Assembly: GCF_018350175.1 (NCBI RefSeq)
Contig: NC_058369.1
Span: 22,694,001 to 22,758,000, forward strand
Source of the DNA: Felis catus
Taxonomy: Eukaryota
DNA: 64,000 bases
Direction of reading: 5' to 3'
Shown here: positions 24,933 through 38,495 of the stretch, one piece after another
Position numbering within the stretch: the stretch's first letter is position 1
Layout: every line of letters starts with the position of its first letter
Notes under the pieces: model-generated
The model's input: only the letters and a program-made list of their open reading frames with translations
Database searches by the model: none
What the model was told of the DNA's origin: nothing
Position numbers and translations under genes: made by a program

Positions 24933-26879
24933 AAAATAAATTATTATTATTGTCACTGTTGTTGCTATTCCCTCTGATCCTTGGGGAGCAGGAAGGATGA
25001 ATTCTTTTAACTTGGAACATTAGAACACTGTGTTTGAAAAGAGTAGGCTGGAGAAAATAATCTATCTCAAGTAGTCCGGCTTTGTAAAGTAATGTATTCT
25101 TTGTGGCTTGGCTGTATTTAAATTCGTTGGCATGAATGGATACAATGAGATTTTTCTCTCTAACACACATGGACCTGTAGTCATCATTTTGGCATTTAGT
25201 GTTGTGAGGATGTAGGCGCAGCATAATGTTTGCATTTCGGAGCCTCAGATCCCCATGCAATAATCCAGAAAATACCCAGGAACTGGATTTTTTAAAAATA
25301 AGCACTGAGTCCATTTGATTTTGTTCAGTAGACAGGTGAATTTCCCATTTTTCAAGCCGTATGTTATGCCACCATGCTAGGGCAAGGACAGTCATAGCAA
25401 CAGCTGGTTTAGTAGCTTGCCTCTGACTTAATTTCCCTCATATAAAACAGGAATCTAATGCAGCATTTCACACTCAGTTTTATCACCACAGAGCTAAAAT
25501 TTATCAGTGGCATTTGTCCAGTTGACTGTGTTGAACAGTAAAAGCTTATGAGACTTATCAAGGTTAAAAAAAAAAGGAGCATAGACGGTAAAACAGGGAG
25601 AGGAGAGATATCCATCTTTTAATTCGGGAGCTGACAGTCTGGAAGTACGAGAAATCTGTCAGAGACCACCCACTGCAGAGCCGCTGTTCTAAGGAGCAGT
25701 GTCCCCAGAACTCTGTGATTTAATGGAGGGCGCTCCAAACAGCTAGCTGGGAACAGGGACTCCAGTGACACTCAGGTGGGGGGCCCTGGTAGTTCTTGTG
25801 GCAGTGCTTCTTTGAGGTGAGTACCAGAAGGCACCTTGAGAAGTAATTTAGACCAGACCACAACCTCCATCCCCCAGCTGGAGGTTCTTAATAACATATT
25901 GAGAAAACTCTGCTGCCTTCAGTGGCAGTCCGTAGCCATGCTTTTCTCCCCAGAGAGCAAGAACTACGTGCAGGTGATCGTTCGATCCCACAGGTGGTCT
26001 CCGTTTTCTGCAGCCCTGCAGACGTTGGAGGCCAGCTGCTCCCTGCCTGCTCTCTATTTTGTTCTTTGGGTAGTAATTTAGTGCCCTGTCTTCCCCTCCT
26101 TCTGTCAGTTCCTAAACAGGATCTCTTCTTATGCAAGTTGTCTCTTGTTCTGATGGCTTCGACAGCAAAAAATTGTATCCTGTAAGCATTTTCCTCACTT
26201 ACCTAGGTCTGGAAGAGCACTGCATTTATCGTGGGTATTTTTTGGACCTTGGAGACACTGATTGGAATACCTGTGTGAAACAGAGTTATTTGTACAAAAC
26301 GGCACTTTTCACTTTCAAATAGAAAAATATCCTTTTGCGACCTAGAGCTCCATGAATTCAGTTGGGTTCGTTGTTACGGTGAAGAAGAAGCGTTCCTAAC
26401 ATCAGCTTAAAGGCTTTGGAGATATATTTACTTGGAAGCATAATTACTTTGGAGTGTTGTATTTTGAAGTGACACTTCTGTATGCAATAATTGAGTCGAG
26501 AGAAATAGTAAGTACATTTATGTCATAATAAGAAAATGACACTGCCTATAAGGAGAGAATCCAAAAATTGTAGATAATTAGTTTTTATTGCAACACCTTT
26601 AGTAACATATCTGAAACTGTCATTTCCACTATGCAAATAGACTTCAAGCATCTAGTTCCTGCCAGCAGGGAGCCATTCCCCAAAGAGTTACTGTTGAAGA
26701 CCCCTCAGTGCCTTGGGAAGGTGTTTGAAAAATGCCACTGCCCGGATCAGCCTTCAGGGCTAGTTCATCGGTTAGACTGTGAGTGTCAGTCCAGAGTTTC
26801 TTCTTGTTGTTGACGCAAGAGAATGATCATTTGCAGAAGTTATAGAGCAAATGTCAGAATTTACTCCCACCTCTGCCAA

Positions 26880-27120
26880 CACCATCACCATTTTTTGAGT
26901 ACATTCCTCTGTGGCCAGCATCCTGCTGGGTGCTTTACACACTTGACCCAACTTGATCACCCTAAGCACACTATGAGGTCTGGTATCATCCCCTTTACCG
27001 ATGAAGGAATGGAGCTGATGGAGACTCAGCAGCTCGTCACATAGCCAGTGAGTGGTAACATTAGCACAGAGCCTAGTGCACCTGGCTGGAAAATCCCCGA
27101 TCCTAGCCCCGTGTCAAACT
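26880..27120 (-). mobile_element. MIR
   Basis: ttttttgagtacatt...tgggtgctttacacac...ctatgaggtctggtatcatcccctttaccgatgaaggaatgga. Confidence 0.8.
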
Positions 27121-29619
27121 ATCTAGCAAGTGGTGTTCGTGTTGTTGATCTTCCTGAGTCTTAAACCCCAGCCAGCGATTCTAAGCCAAGCAGGATGCTG
27201 CTACCAGGTTCCAAAAATCAAGAGTAGTCCAGCAAAATCCACGTAGATTTTTCTTACCCATCCCATCGTGGTTCTCCATCTTTGCTGCGAGTAAGACTGA
27301 GGAGACAGCGGGAGCTGAATCAGTTTCTCCCGTTGGAGGGATATCTGATGAGTTTGCATACAGTCTACAGAGACTTTTCCTTCCCTTCCCCCCCGCCCCA
27401 ACCTACCATTGTTTCCACTATGCATCATAGGGTCACAGATGTCCTGCCTCTGTTTATCAGCCATCTTGTGACAGCTCATGACTGTCTCAGTACATTAATA
27501 GCATACTTCATAGACTTCTTTTCTCAAGAGGCAAGGAATTATACATGCTGGACAGTCATCCCTTGCCTGTGACCCTGGGCGAATGCATTGTTTTATATCC
27601 TTCCCTGGGACCTCTTTCCTCCCTGATGACTGTGATGTCCTTCCTATTCCTGGCCAAGCTTTCATTGTTTGTAGGACTTGTGGTTTGTGCATACTTCCTG
27701 GTACTCACCCTCCCTCCTCAAGGAGAAATATATGTTTGTGCTTTATAGACTGTTATGGGCTCAGTAGGAGACACACAACACCCTCCCACATACAGCAGAC
27801 ATGATGTAGCTGCAGTGCAGACAGTGTGACCTCGGATGGAGACCTGCACAGAATGACCAGGTGGGCTATCGGGGCTCTAGTTTAGATTGAAATGACCCAT
27901 GCAGTTCAGTTCCAACTTGTTTTTTCTGTATTTTTAGGAAAATGAACCAAAAGTTGGCTTCTTTATACCCCAAGGGAACACATGCATTTGTCAATAGTCC
28001 CCCACTCTCTCCACCCGCCTGGCACATGGTAGGCTATTTCCAAATATTTGTTGAATGAATGAAAATAGCAGTGAGTTCAGTTGAGGTTCTTTTTTTGTGT
28101 TGGTGTGATCCTTATTTAAATGATTGGTTTAATGAGTTTAGCTCCTGTACTGTGGCTGTTTCAGAGCTGGAAGGAATGAGAATAAGATTGAGAATTGAAC
28201 CTTACGGTAGGAACACAGAGTATCTTCTGCTCTTATGTTAACAAGTCACCTTGAAGGGTTCTGGGCTTAGCCTCTCTCCAGGGTGCTTTCCCAGTAACAG
28301 GGTTTACCGGGGGATCTGGGTCAGGGGATTTCAAGGGAAGTGCTGGAGGCTGAGGGGAGGGTTGGAGAAGCAGGCCAGTTTCTCAGAATTTCTCTCAAGT
28401 CATGAGCTTGAGTAAGCTCCCCAGATTTTCTTGCCATCCCCTCCCCTGGACATTCTGCCCGTCTTCATCCAGTGGTTGAATTATGTTGAACTAGAGATGG
28501 AATCTCAGTGTCTGGTGAGAAAATTTGGCCGAGAGACCATGTTCGGATGCACCAGCTCTTTGGCCCAGGGCAATCCCTTACATCCGTCTTCTGTGTGAGC
28601 CATTTTGTTGCTGGTGTTACAGAGGTACTCAGAGCCCCTCTTCATGTTTGGCTCTTATCCCAATTAACGTGACTGGCCAGAGGTCTCCTAACCGGAGCCC
28701 CCTCTTTGGGTGCTGTTCCAGGTGACTCACTTCTAGATATGCAGTTGTCACGTAGGAAAAAAATGACCCAAATGTATGAGCAACATTAAGCGCTCTGACA
28801 GTGAAGCAGTGCTTTTCTCTTCCTGGTGTTTGTGTGAAATGATCTGGCAAAATAGATGCTGCAGAAATAATGCATTTCTGTGTCTCCCTTCTCAAATGAT
28901 GAATGTTCTTGGCTCATCACAAGATTTCTTGCCAAATGCTGATTCTGCTAACAGAAGGAATGGAAGCTTCAGATGTTCTCTTGTGACAGAGGGAATAAAA
29001 AGTCTCAGGCTTGCTCTCCTTCTGTGACATTAATGCAGAGAGGTGTTCTTGGGGGAGGGCTGTGTTCTGCCTCCACCCTGGTCTTGGCTAAAGCTACAGG
29101 CTGTGTTGTTCAGGCATCTCTGGCTACCGCCTCAAGCCAGGAGGAGACCCAGAGGCTGGAGGTGGCCCAGCAAAGAGTCGTGATACCATCAACTAACCTG
29201 TTGAAATTTGTTTCTTACGTTAAGAACTTCAGTTCCAGAAAGCGCTCGTGTGAAAGTACAACACACGCTACTATGTTCCGTAGCAGAAATGCCAAGAGGG
29301 AAAACCAGGGGAGCATTAGGATTTGGAGGGGGTATTATGTGCAGTCACTGTGCCGGGGGCTTTCACAGACTTCCTCCCAGTAGCCCCCTCCAGCGGCCCT
29401 GGAAGAAGGGCATGAGGATCCCGGGCTCTCTGACTGAGGAGACTCGGAGGAGACTCGAAGCCCAGGAGGTTCGGCAATTTCCTGGAAGTGACGTGGCCAG
29501 CCAGCCTAGGCTGCTGCTGCATCCGGCCGTCAGCCCTCTTGATACCTTCCAGGAAGCACGTCTCTCCATCCCTCAGATTCTTGTGGCCTCTTTGCAGCCC
29601 CGTCTCCCATATCCCAACC

Positions 29620-30273
29620 ATTCAAGCCCCTCAACTCCCTTTCTGCATCCAGTTTTACCTCCTTCCTCCCCTTTTTGCACACTAAAGTTTTTCAAAAGCA
29701 CACATCCAGTTGCTGAGTCCCTCCCACCCTTGAATCCTTCCAGGGCGTGGGCTCTAGCCTGTCTCCATACCCTACCTACCTTCATGTCCCTTCCACCTCC
29801 CCAAATGAGAATAAGGTCCAAACTCTTAATCCTAGCACACTCCCTTAATGGCCCGGCCGTGCTTACTTCTTTGGCCTCATCTCTCAGCAGAGCCCTTTCT
29901 TTGTCCACCCATGCGCCAGTGAAGTGGAAATAGGGGGCAGGGGGTGGGTGGTTCCTTGAGCTCCAGGCAGCCTCTTGTCCCTGGACCTCCATCCCTGCTA
30001 CTCCCTCTTCCTGGCATGCCCATCGCCTGTTTTGTCTCTGACCTTCCCAGCCTTGCTATCCATTAAAGGCCCAGCAAGAAGGGAGTCACTGCCTTGACCT
30101 CCCCATCCGGGTACTTACCATGATGTGTCTTATTAACCTTTTTACTCAGCAGAACACTCCTGACCAAAGCTGCCAGCTTTCTGCAACTTGGCTTTACTCA
30201 TCATTGTGCTTGGTGTCTAGTACCCTGCCTGACATACCAGAGACACAAAAGAGAAGCTTGCAGAACAAATGAA
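29620..30273 (+). mobile_element. L2 fragment
   Basis: gaataaggtccaaactcttaatcctagc...ctccctcttcctggcatgccc...tctagtaccctgcctgacatac...gaacaaatgaa. Confidence 0.7.
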
Positions 30274-31029
30274 ATGTGCTGGAGACAAGATTCAAATCCA
30301 GCCTGGCCTGAGTTTTTAATGAGGTGGCATGGTATCTCTTCTGTGTCCTGTGTTTTCCTCTGCCTTCCTTTGGGTGTTTACAGGGAACTGCTGACCCTTC
30401 CCTGACTCCTTTTCCCAGCTGAAGGGCTGCTGCTTTCATATGAAACAGATATAATTGCTGGTGCAGTCCTTGAAGCTATAGGAAATAAAGTGCCACTGCC
30501 TACACAGCTGTGGGGGGAGGCAGACCCTGGAGGAAAAGGAGTTTGGGGGTGATTTGCCTCCAGGTCTTTCTTGGTACCTTGGAGGACAAAAGACGTTTTG
30601 TAACCCAAACACAGCCAAGGAGTAATTCATAATTAAGGCTCCAGGGCTCATTTCAGAGTGGGCGTGCTTCTCTCTCTCCAGATATTTTCATTATCAAGAG
30701 CTGTGTCTGCTCCTTTGAGGCCGGGCTCCAAGCTCACCCCCTGAGGGGCCCTGGGAGGGACAGAGCCCCCTGCTGTGGTGTCCAGGGTACCCTGGCTGCA
30801 TGGCTTTTGCTCCCCTGGGGGAGCCTGGGAAGAGCTGCAGCCGTCATTGGACAGGGCAGGTCGTCGGGGTTTGGTATTTGACTCTCTTGGTGAGTCCAAG
30901 CCACCTTTGGCTACAATAGCACTGAGACAGGGGGTTAGCACAACAGTCAAATGGGCCCTCTGAAATGAGTTTGCGAATATTTAGACTGCCTGTCCTTTAC
31001 CCCTATCCCCAAGTTCAAAAGACCAAGTG

Positions 31030-31230
31030 ATTAGAAGTCAGACCTCAATAGGTTTAAAATTCACTCTGACCATTTGGCTTCCAACTCCTGACTAAACCTC
31101 TCCGTGCCTCAGTTCTCCATCTGCAATCTGGGGATAATACCTACCTCTCAGGGTGGCTGTGAGGATTAGACAAATTAATATGTGAAAAGCTTCCGGCACC
31201 GTGCTGAGCCTGTGGTACACAGAGGACTCA
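31030..31230 (+). mobile_element. MIR
   Basis: aacctctccgtgcctcagttctccatctgcaatctggggataatacctacctctcagggtggctgtgaggatta. Confidence 0.9.
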
Positions 31231-31721
31231 TTTTACCGACTTCCTTAGGCTCTGCTAATGAAGACACGCCGCTTAATTACACAGATTCTAATTGGGACCA
31301 CATTTCCCTAAAGAAATCTGTTTATTAGGTGCCCATATGCTGTTCGCACATAACTACAACTTTTATATTTTCTAATTTCCAAAATAGTATGTTCATTGTA
31401 AAAATTAGAAAATACAGGTAAGCAAGAAAAGGAAGAAAAAAAATCCTGGGTAATCATATAGCCAGCTGTGAATACATGGCATATGTCTGTATCCTTGTAG
31501 CAGGGTGTTCCTGTGTATGGGTGTATACAGGAGATTAGTAGTTTAAAACAAAAAGGTACTGGTTATCGTCTGGAACATATTGTAATATACTGGGTGCACG
31601 GTTCCTACGTTGCTTTACACAATTTGGGATGGCTCTGTGGAATTCTCTTGTACTGTTGTAGCTTCCTCTTTCTAGTTGCTGGAGGTCAAATTGCTTGGTT
31701 TTATACAGTAGGCACATTCTT

Positions 31722-31942
31722 TTTTTTTTTTTTTTATTGTTTTTAATATTAATTTGTTTTGGACAGAGAGACAGAGCATGAGCAGGGGAGGGGCAGAGAG
31801 ACAGGGAGACACAGAATTCGAAGCAGGCTCCAGGCTCTGAGCTGTCAGCACAGAGCCTGACACAGTTCTCGAACTCACAGACCGCGAGATCATGACCTGA
31901 GCCGAAGTCGGATGCTCAACTGACTGAGCCACCCAGGCGCCC
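31722..31942 (-). mobile_element. Can-SINE
   Basis: Full antisense SINE. 18-bp TSD tacagtaggcacattctt (31704-31721) / tacactaggcacattctt (31943-31960). Confidence 0.97.
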
Positions 31943-33847
31943 TACACTAGGCACATTCTTAAAGGTTCTGATACATATGACCATCCCAAGCTACTAAGTG
32001 CTTATTACAACTGGTTAATGGCTGTCACTGTGTTACTCTCTCTGTTCTTCAGAATCCTTTGATTCCAGCAAAGTGTAACGTTTCCTGGTAAGAGTAAGGC
32101 ATTACGTTGTTTGACCCAATTCCAACAGGCATTAACACATCTTGAAAAGTAGGATTTTTCTTTCTTTCTTTTTTTTTTTTTTTTTTTGCTTATGGGAGAA
32201 CTTCCCCAGGGTGGGGAGAAAGTAGTACAGGCTTGGCTCATTGGCAGGGAGGACCCATCGTCACATGTCCTGAAGGGAGAGGACTTGGGCTGGCAGAGGG
32301 ATGGAACCAGTGAGTGGTTGCGTTTGTCCCAGATCTGGCGTCCTGAGCTCGGCAGAGAGTTTTGTGTTGAGATTGTTTAGCTAGGTCACCAGGCACAAGT
32401 GGCCCTGGGAGACTGACAGCCCTCCGTAATGCGACTGGCTCCTTTTCACAGAGCAGACTCAGAGGGAGAGAGGATGTAGGAGGATCTCATGAAAACTTGG
32501 GGGCTGGTGGAGTTAAATCCATTCCCTTCTAGAGGACTCTTGAGAGAAAACACATGCAAGGAACAGATATGGCCAGAATAATGAAGCCCTATGTAAAAAA
32601 AGATTCAGGTAAAGGCTCCTTGTGAAATCTGTGTTATTTTTCTTTAGCCTCTAGATCACCTTCGGTTACAGAGTTACAGGAGACAGAGATTTATTTCACT
32701 GACTCTGTAAATAATAGATTGACAATTTTGTTTCATTTTACTCGCTTCTTGAACTTTGCACTTTTGGTAGTGAATCAGCCTTGGGTATAGGCTGGCCTCA
32801 GCTGTTGGCTTTTGGAACACATCTGGCAGGCAGCAGAGAACCCCCAGGACTTTTGGCTCCAAAAGCATTGGCTTACATTTGAACTTAGGGAATGTTTCCA
32901 GTGATTGTCATTGAAGTTTTATTCATACACCAGAGGACGCTGTTAGCTTGAGCTGGAGTTGGGCTGCTGGCTGGAGCCCCACATCTCACGCCAATCCAGT
33001 TAGACTCTCAAGGGGTGGAGAGGTCACATTTATGGGACTAGAGCACAATGCAGCTGTACCCTTGCGTGTATCTTCCTCGTACTGTAACTTTGAAATTGTT
33101 TCGCATTAAGCTTCCTTCGGAGAAGTCCTGTGAGTGTCTGCTGTGGGTGATCACAAGGGCCTGTCCTTGCCCCGCAGGCTACATGAGCTATATAGTGCCA
33201 GGAGACATGAGCACAGAGTGCTCTGGAGCTCAAAGGAAGGGTACAGCCCCCTCATCTTGGATAACCAATACAGCCTTGTCGAAGAGGAAGGGAAAGCTAG
33301 AAGGAGGAGTTGTTTTCCAGGTGAGCTGCAAGAGAGACTCTCAAGACAAACATGTAAGATGCTTATGGATATCTTCAGGCAGCAAGGAGAAGTGTGTTAC
33401 TTACAACCCATGGTCCATTATAGGACAGTGCGGAGCAGCAGTGAGCATCTTACAAATAACGTAGCAGATGTCTGTCTTGGTCCAGACTCAGGCGGTCTAA
33501 ATAGCATTTTGTATATTTCCTTAGGCTCACCTTAATTCTCAGAAATACCAGGCCCTTAGGCCTGACATTTAGGTTAGAGTTCCCAATGCCCAGTCTGGGG
33601 GTCCCTTCCTGCCCTCCTCACCTCTGCTCTGTCAGTGTTCAGTGCTGGGCTCTGGGGACACTAGCCAGATGCCCTCAGACTCCAGGGACTTCATTTTAGT
33701 CTGAGGGATCAGAAGAATTCTCTTTTATGTTCGTTCCCATAGGGTCATTCCCTCTGTCCTCAAACTCTGCTCTTGTCGTTTCACGGCACCCAGTATTCTT
33801 GCCTCAGTCGACTTGGAAATCTAAGCTAGGAAGGGAAGTGCTTTGTG

Positions 33848-33848
<1 letters not shown>

Positions 33849-33892
<44 letters not shown>
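33849..33892. repeat. (CA)22 microsatellite
   Basis: Read directly. Confidence 0.97.
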
Positions 33893-33895
<3 letters not shown>

Positions 33896-34309
33896 CCTTT
33901 CTCTGGGCAAGGAACAACAGCCTCCTCTCAGTGTACATTTTTTAAAGTAAAAGAGAGGAAATGGGGAGGAAATCTTAACTTTTATTTAAAAAATTATCCT
34001 TCTGTTAAAAATGTCAGTCTATCTTCCTCTTCAGAAATGACTCTCAAGGTCTTTAAAGCTGAGCTAAGATGTGGAGCCCCTTGTTTTTTCTAAGTAGGAG
34101 TTTGGCGCGAGGGGCTAGTAAGTGGTTCAGGTTCTCCTAACAAATACAAGTGAATGTAGGGCTCCCAGTATTTTTAGTTTCCCAGTCTTTTGTAAGCTGT
34201 GTAAATGTGAGAAATTCCTGCTGACACGGAAGTTATTTCAAACCCCATTTGGGAGGTATTTATTAATAAACAATATTTCTTTCCAGTGGGAATGAAATTA
34301 AATCTTTAG

Positions 34310-34780
34310 TTAAACCAAACTTTCTGGTCCCAGGACCCCTTTACATTCTTACAAAATACTAAGGACCCCTAAGAGCTTCTGCTAATGTGGGTTGTATCTA
34401 TGGATATTTGGTGTATTAGAAATTAAAACTGAGACATTTAAAAATTAATGAATTCAAGCATAAAAACTCATTACATATTAACATAAGTAACATATTTTAT
34501 GAAAAACAATTGTGTTTTCCCCAAAAAAAAGAAAGAGGAGTGGCACTTCTTTTTTTTTTTTTTTTTTTTTTTTCATTTTTGCAGATCTTTTTAATGGTTT
34601 ACGAGAAGACAGGTAGATCCTCATGTCAGTTTCTGTGTTCAGTCTGTTGTGATTTTTTTAAATCTATGAAGAAAATCTGGCTTCACATAGATATGCTGTT
34701 GGGAAAAAGGAAAATTTGAGGGACCCCTGAAAGGGTCTCAGAGAATCCTCAGGGGTCATGGATCACTTTGAGAACTGCTG
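34310..34780. mobile_element. Charlie1-type hAT DNA transposon, internally deleted
   Basis: caggacccctttacattctt...ggacccctaagagcttctgctaatgtgggttgtatcta...gtattagaaattaaaactgaga, and the end gacccctgaaagggtctc...cactttgagaactgctg. Confidence 0.88.
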
Positions 34781-35100
34781 CTTTCAACAGATAAATCACT
34801 AGAGTATGTGATAGGCTTTAAGTGAAAAATTGTCTTTGAGAGTTTCAGTAAATTATGGGTTAAATCAGTCTTTTATGAACAGATGAACACATTATGAAAT
34901 CTTATATAAAGTATTTTTATGGTTTTTGTACTTATTATGCATTCTCCTTTCTGTGAGCTCATTGAGGATAACATAAGAAGTCCACGATGGACATTTAGTA
35001 GAGGGAATTGAAATGCTAAAATCCATGGCAAGGACTCTCTCATTATAAAATGTTTATAAGATGCTCTGCCATGTGACCTTCTTCAGTTCCCATTCCAGTT

Positions 35101-35294
35101 TAGGAGTTGGCATACTTTTTCTATAAAAAAGAGTAAATATTTTAGTCTTTGTGGGTCATCTGGTCTCTGTTGTTAGTATTAAACTTGATTGAATACATAA
35201 ACATATGGGTGTGGTTTTGTCCCAATAAAGCTTTATTTATAAAAATAGGTGATGGATTAGATTTGGCCCAAGGATTATATTTTGCCGACTCCTG
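35101..35294 (-). mobile_element. MER58A hAT MITE
   Basis: TIRs taggagttggcatac / tttgccgactcctg. Internal gtaaatattttagtctttgtgggtcat and caataaagctttatttataaaaatagg. Confidence 0.88.
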
Positions 35295-35394
35295 CAGGAG
35301 TTATACATTACAGTCATAGCCTTGAAACTCTCTTTCCCTAAATCCCTGGTCTTTGGCCATGAAAAAATTAAGTTTGTGATTTTCAAAGGAAAAA

Positions 35395-35395
<1 letters not shown>

Positions 35396-35430
<35 letters not shown>

Positions 35431-35431
35431 A
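35396..35431. repeat. Interrupted (CA)n
   Basis: Read directly. Confidence 0.9.
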
Positions 35432-35835
35432 CGAGTTGAATTTCTTCATTTTTATTTTATGGCACATTTGGAACAGTCAGTTTCTAGTGGCGTTGGCTGT
35501 GTGATAGCTAGCAAATCTGGGCAGTCCTCCAGGACGACTGAGTGCGGTCAAGTCCGAAGTGTAGAGTGTTGATTTCAGGAACTGAAGAGGACGGATGATA
35601 AAGAGTTTGATTGCTTTAGGGTTTTATTTCATTTCTTTCCTGGGTGCTAGTTAAGTTTCTAAGACAGCCAGAGCCAATTTTCACATTTTTCCTTAGTTGA
35701 TTTAATAATTTCGAAATACAGTCCAATCTCCCCAAACCCAAGAGAGATGGTCCTATTTATGCCTTGTAAGTAGGTATGCTCCAGAATCATAGGTGTGCTG
35801 TTTTATGCCTTTCTTGTTGCCTTCCCTCCTTACAG

Positions 35836-35952
35836 AAATACAAAGAGTATGAGAAAGACGTAGCCATAGAAGAAATCGATGGCCTCCAACTGGTGAAAAA
35901 GCTGGCAAAGAACATGGAAGAGATGTTTCACAAAAAGTCTGAAGCAGTGCGG
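35836..35952 (+). CDS. CACNA2D3: Internal coding exon (likely exon 3) of voltage-gated calcium channel auxiliary subunit alpha2delta-3
   Basis: Acceptor: polypyrimidine tract then tacag| (AG 35834-35835). Donor: |gtaagt at 35953. 117 nt, phase 0/0, translating to KYKEYEKDVAIEEIDGLQLVKKLAKNMEEMFHKKSEAVR, recognised as the CACNA2D3 sequence between ...GSQLLQK and RLVEAAEE... Confidence 0.97.
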
Positions 35953-36849
35953 GTAAGTGCCTCTGGTATCTTCTCTGTATTGCCCAAAGACACGGAGGCA
36001 CCTTCAGGGGACTGGCATTGATGACTCCAGCTCTCAAAGATCAAAGTTGACTCAGCTATTACGTAAACATTTTACTTTCTTTAGTTAACCAGCAAAAGCA
36101 GTTAGTAGGGGCACGATAGGGTTCAGGTGACAGTTTTCATCTTAGAATTTTATGTCTTCAGTGTAAGTGCCACTGATTGTACAGTCTCAGAGGATGGCTT
36201 ATGACTGTGCAATACATTCACTAATTACCAAAAATCATTGAAAGGCACATTGTAGTTCAACTAAGCAACTATAAAAAATTTAAGCCATGCTTGCCGAAAT
36301 GTGGAGTTGAAAATCTCAATGGAGTAATGGAGTCTAGATGAACTTGGAGGCTTCCCTTACCTCTACTGGAATATTACTATAATTATAATGTTTCTCTCCA
36401 CCAGTTAGAGCTCCCTGAGGTTTCATACTGTCATCAGGATGAATGGAAAAGTATCATTTTGGATTTCCAAGGTGGCTTCCAACTTTATTCCTTGTTGCCA
36501 GCTCAGCAGTGAATCGTACCTTCTTGCTTTAGAACACATCCCACATCTGTGCTCTGTTGGCACGGAGGTATGGAAAGGAATGGCAGTCTGAAGAGTTCTT
36601 TATCTCTAACCTATAGTTTGCTTACCTTTTGGTTTCGATAATTATCTCCAGAATCACTTTGCTCTAAAAGGCCTCTTCCTACTTTCACTTCTCCCGCAAT
36701 TCATTGGCCCAACAAAATTTCCACACATTATTCCTGCTTTAGACCTGACAGTGCCACTCCAGTGCTTGTCTCTAAAACATTGTTGTGCTACTTGGATTGC
36801 GGGGAGGAGGGTTGTAGCCAAGTAGGGAAGAACGTGAGTTTGGCCTGGC

Positions 36850-37038
36850 TTCTGCGCCTGCCTTGGTCACTTACTGAGCTTTTACCTTTAGTAAAACTGC
36901 CCTTGGGAGCCTCAATGTTCTCATCTGTAGATGGCAAAAACACACAGGCTGAACGAGGATTATACAAAGTCATGATTTTGAGCGACTGAGCACACACCCT
37001 GGCTTGTGTAAGCCATGCTCATTGAATGGCCGCTTTAT
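36850..37038 (+). mobile_element. MIR
   Basis: cacttactgagct...gagcctcaatgttctcatctgtagatgg...gcacacaccctggc...tgctcattgaatgg. Confidence 0.75.
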
Positions 37039-37331
37039 ACCGCCACTATGGTCGTTCATGACATAAGTAGAGACTTTTAGGGAGGAAGTCTGAAGTATCT
37101 TAGAAGAAAAAACCTTACTTTTAGTTGCTACAGAAGTATTGCCCTGACAGCCAGCCCTGGGAGCTTCGTGGTGATCCCTGCGTGTCCTTATGTCTCTACC
37201 TCGAAGCAAGTGCTGTTCTTTACAGACATGGTAGCCATCCGCATCTCACACTCAGAACCTGAAATACAAATGCAAAACAAAACAAAAGCCCGCAGTAATT
37301 ACTGTTTTCTGCTTATAAAATGAACACCCCT

Positions 37332-37485
37332 TTGGTGGCACTTGAAGAATATATTGAAAAGTATCAAACAGAGAACAAAAATCACCTGAAAGTCAGGCTT
37401 GTGTTCTTGGTGGCACTTGAAGAATATATTGAAAAGTATCAAACAGAGAACAAAAATCACCTGAAAGTCAGGCTTGTGTTCTTGG
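37332..37485. repeat. Perfect 75-bp tandem duplication
   Basis: 37332-37406 is identical to 37407-37481, followed by TTGG, the first 4 nt of the unit. Confidence 0.97.
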
Positions 37486-37785
37486 GTTTCCTTCCTTCTA
37501 GTCTTTTAAATTTGCATTTCTGTGCATGTACTTGTGTGTTTTTCTTCTTCAGTTGGCAGGTGTACTGCCTGTTTGCTTTGGTGTCCAACTTCTCTACGCT
37601 TGTTTGCACCAGTGCTCTGTGTGCTTTTCCTGGCATCAGTACCTTACGTGATTTTCTTAAATGGCTGCATCACATTTGAGTTTAACGACGTGTCTACATG
37701 ATTTGACTATTCCTCCAAATCTGGATATTTAAGTTGTTTGCAAGTTTTGGTATACATAATGCTGCAGTGAACCTTCTTGTATATT

Positions 37786-38010
37786 AATAACAGATCAGAC
37801 GACTCGGCACCTACTATATGTTTGGTGTTCCTCTTAGGGTTTTACAGGTACTCGCTTGTCCTTAGAGCAGCCCCCAGAGGAAGGTATTATTACTATCCCA
37901 CTTTTACAGAATAGAAGACAGAGGCAGAGGTTAAGTCACTTCTCCAGGGTCACATAGGGGGTGGGGGATGGGCCTACGGACCCAAGTCCACGTTCTTCAT
38001 CACATCCGTG
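37786..38010 (-). mobile_element. MIR
   Basis: gcacctactatatg...aggtattattactatcccacttttacagaatagaagacagaggcagaggttaagtcacttctccagggtcaca. Confidence 0.85.
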
Positions 38011-38279
38011 CCCTCAGCATCAGTCCTTTACTTTGATTTCCTTCAGATGAATACCTGAACACAGAAGACAGTGCAGAGACGCTAACCCCATCTTCAAAGG
38101 TTTCTGCTTGCGGCGACATTCGTGTTCAGATAAGGTTGTGCCAGTTCACGGTTCCTCCAGCAGGAGTGGCACGTGAATGCTCATTTGCCTGAATCCTCAC
38201 AGAAAAATGACGATGTTTTATTTTGTTTTAAATACTAATAACAACGGTTGTCAGTTTGAGAGAAGGAAATGCTATTTTT

Positions 38280-38495
38280 AGAGAATTTTTTTTAATGTTT
38301 ATTTATTTTTGAGAGAGAGAGCGAGCGAGCATGAGTTGGGGAGGGGCAGAGAGAGAGAGGAGACACAGAATCTGAATTAGGCTCCAGGCTCTGAGCTGTC
38401 AGCCCGATGGCCGATGTGGGGATTGAACTCATGAACTCTGAGATCATGACCTGAGCTGAAGTCGGACACTGAACCGACTGAGCCACCCAGGCCCC
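38280..38495 (-). mobile_element. Can-SINE
   Basis: TSD aggaaatgctattttt (38264-38279) / aggaagtgctattttt (38496-38511). Confidence 0.96.

Larger units (their letters stand above)
37280..38270 (-). mobile_element. Old L1ME-like fragment, containing a 75-bp duplication and a MIR
   Basis: cttaaatggctgcatcacattt...tggatatttaagttgtttgcaagttttgg...ataatgctgcagtgaaccttcttgta, resuming with gatttccttcagatgaatacct...aaggttgtgccagttcac. Confidence 0.6.

Noticed and set aside
25811..25822. Strong donor GAG|GTGAGT
   Set aside because: No convincing upstream acceptor or CACNA2D3-like reading frame.
29208..29933. Longest ORF (241 aa)
   Set aside because: No recognisable domain, Pro/Ser/Leu-rich, non-ATG start, and its 3' half overlaps a decayed L2.
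35776..36021. 81-aa ORF as a complete gene
   Set aside because: Only 35836-35952 is bounded by splice sites and matches CACNA2D3. The flanks are intronic read-through.
37320..37679. ORF with a repeated 25-aa peptide
   Set aside because: A by-product of the 75-bp duplication inside an antisense old L1. No other sign of coding.
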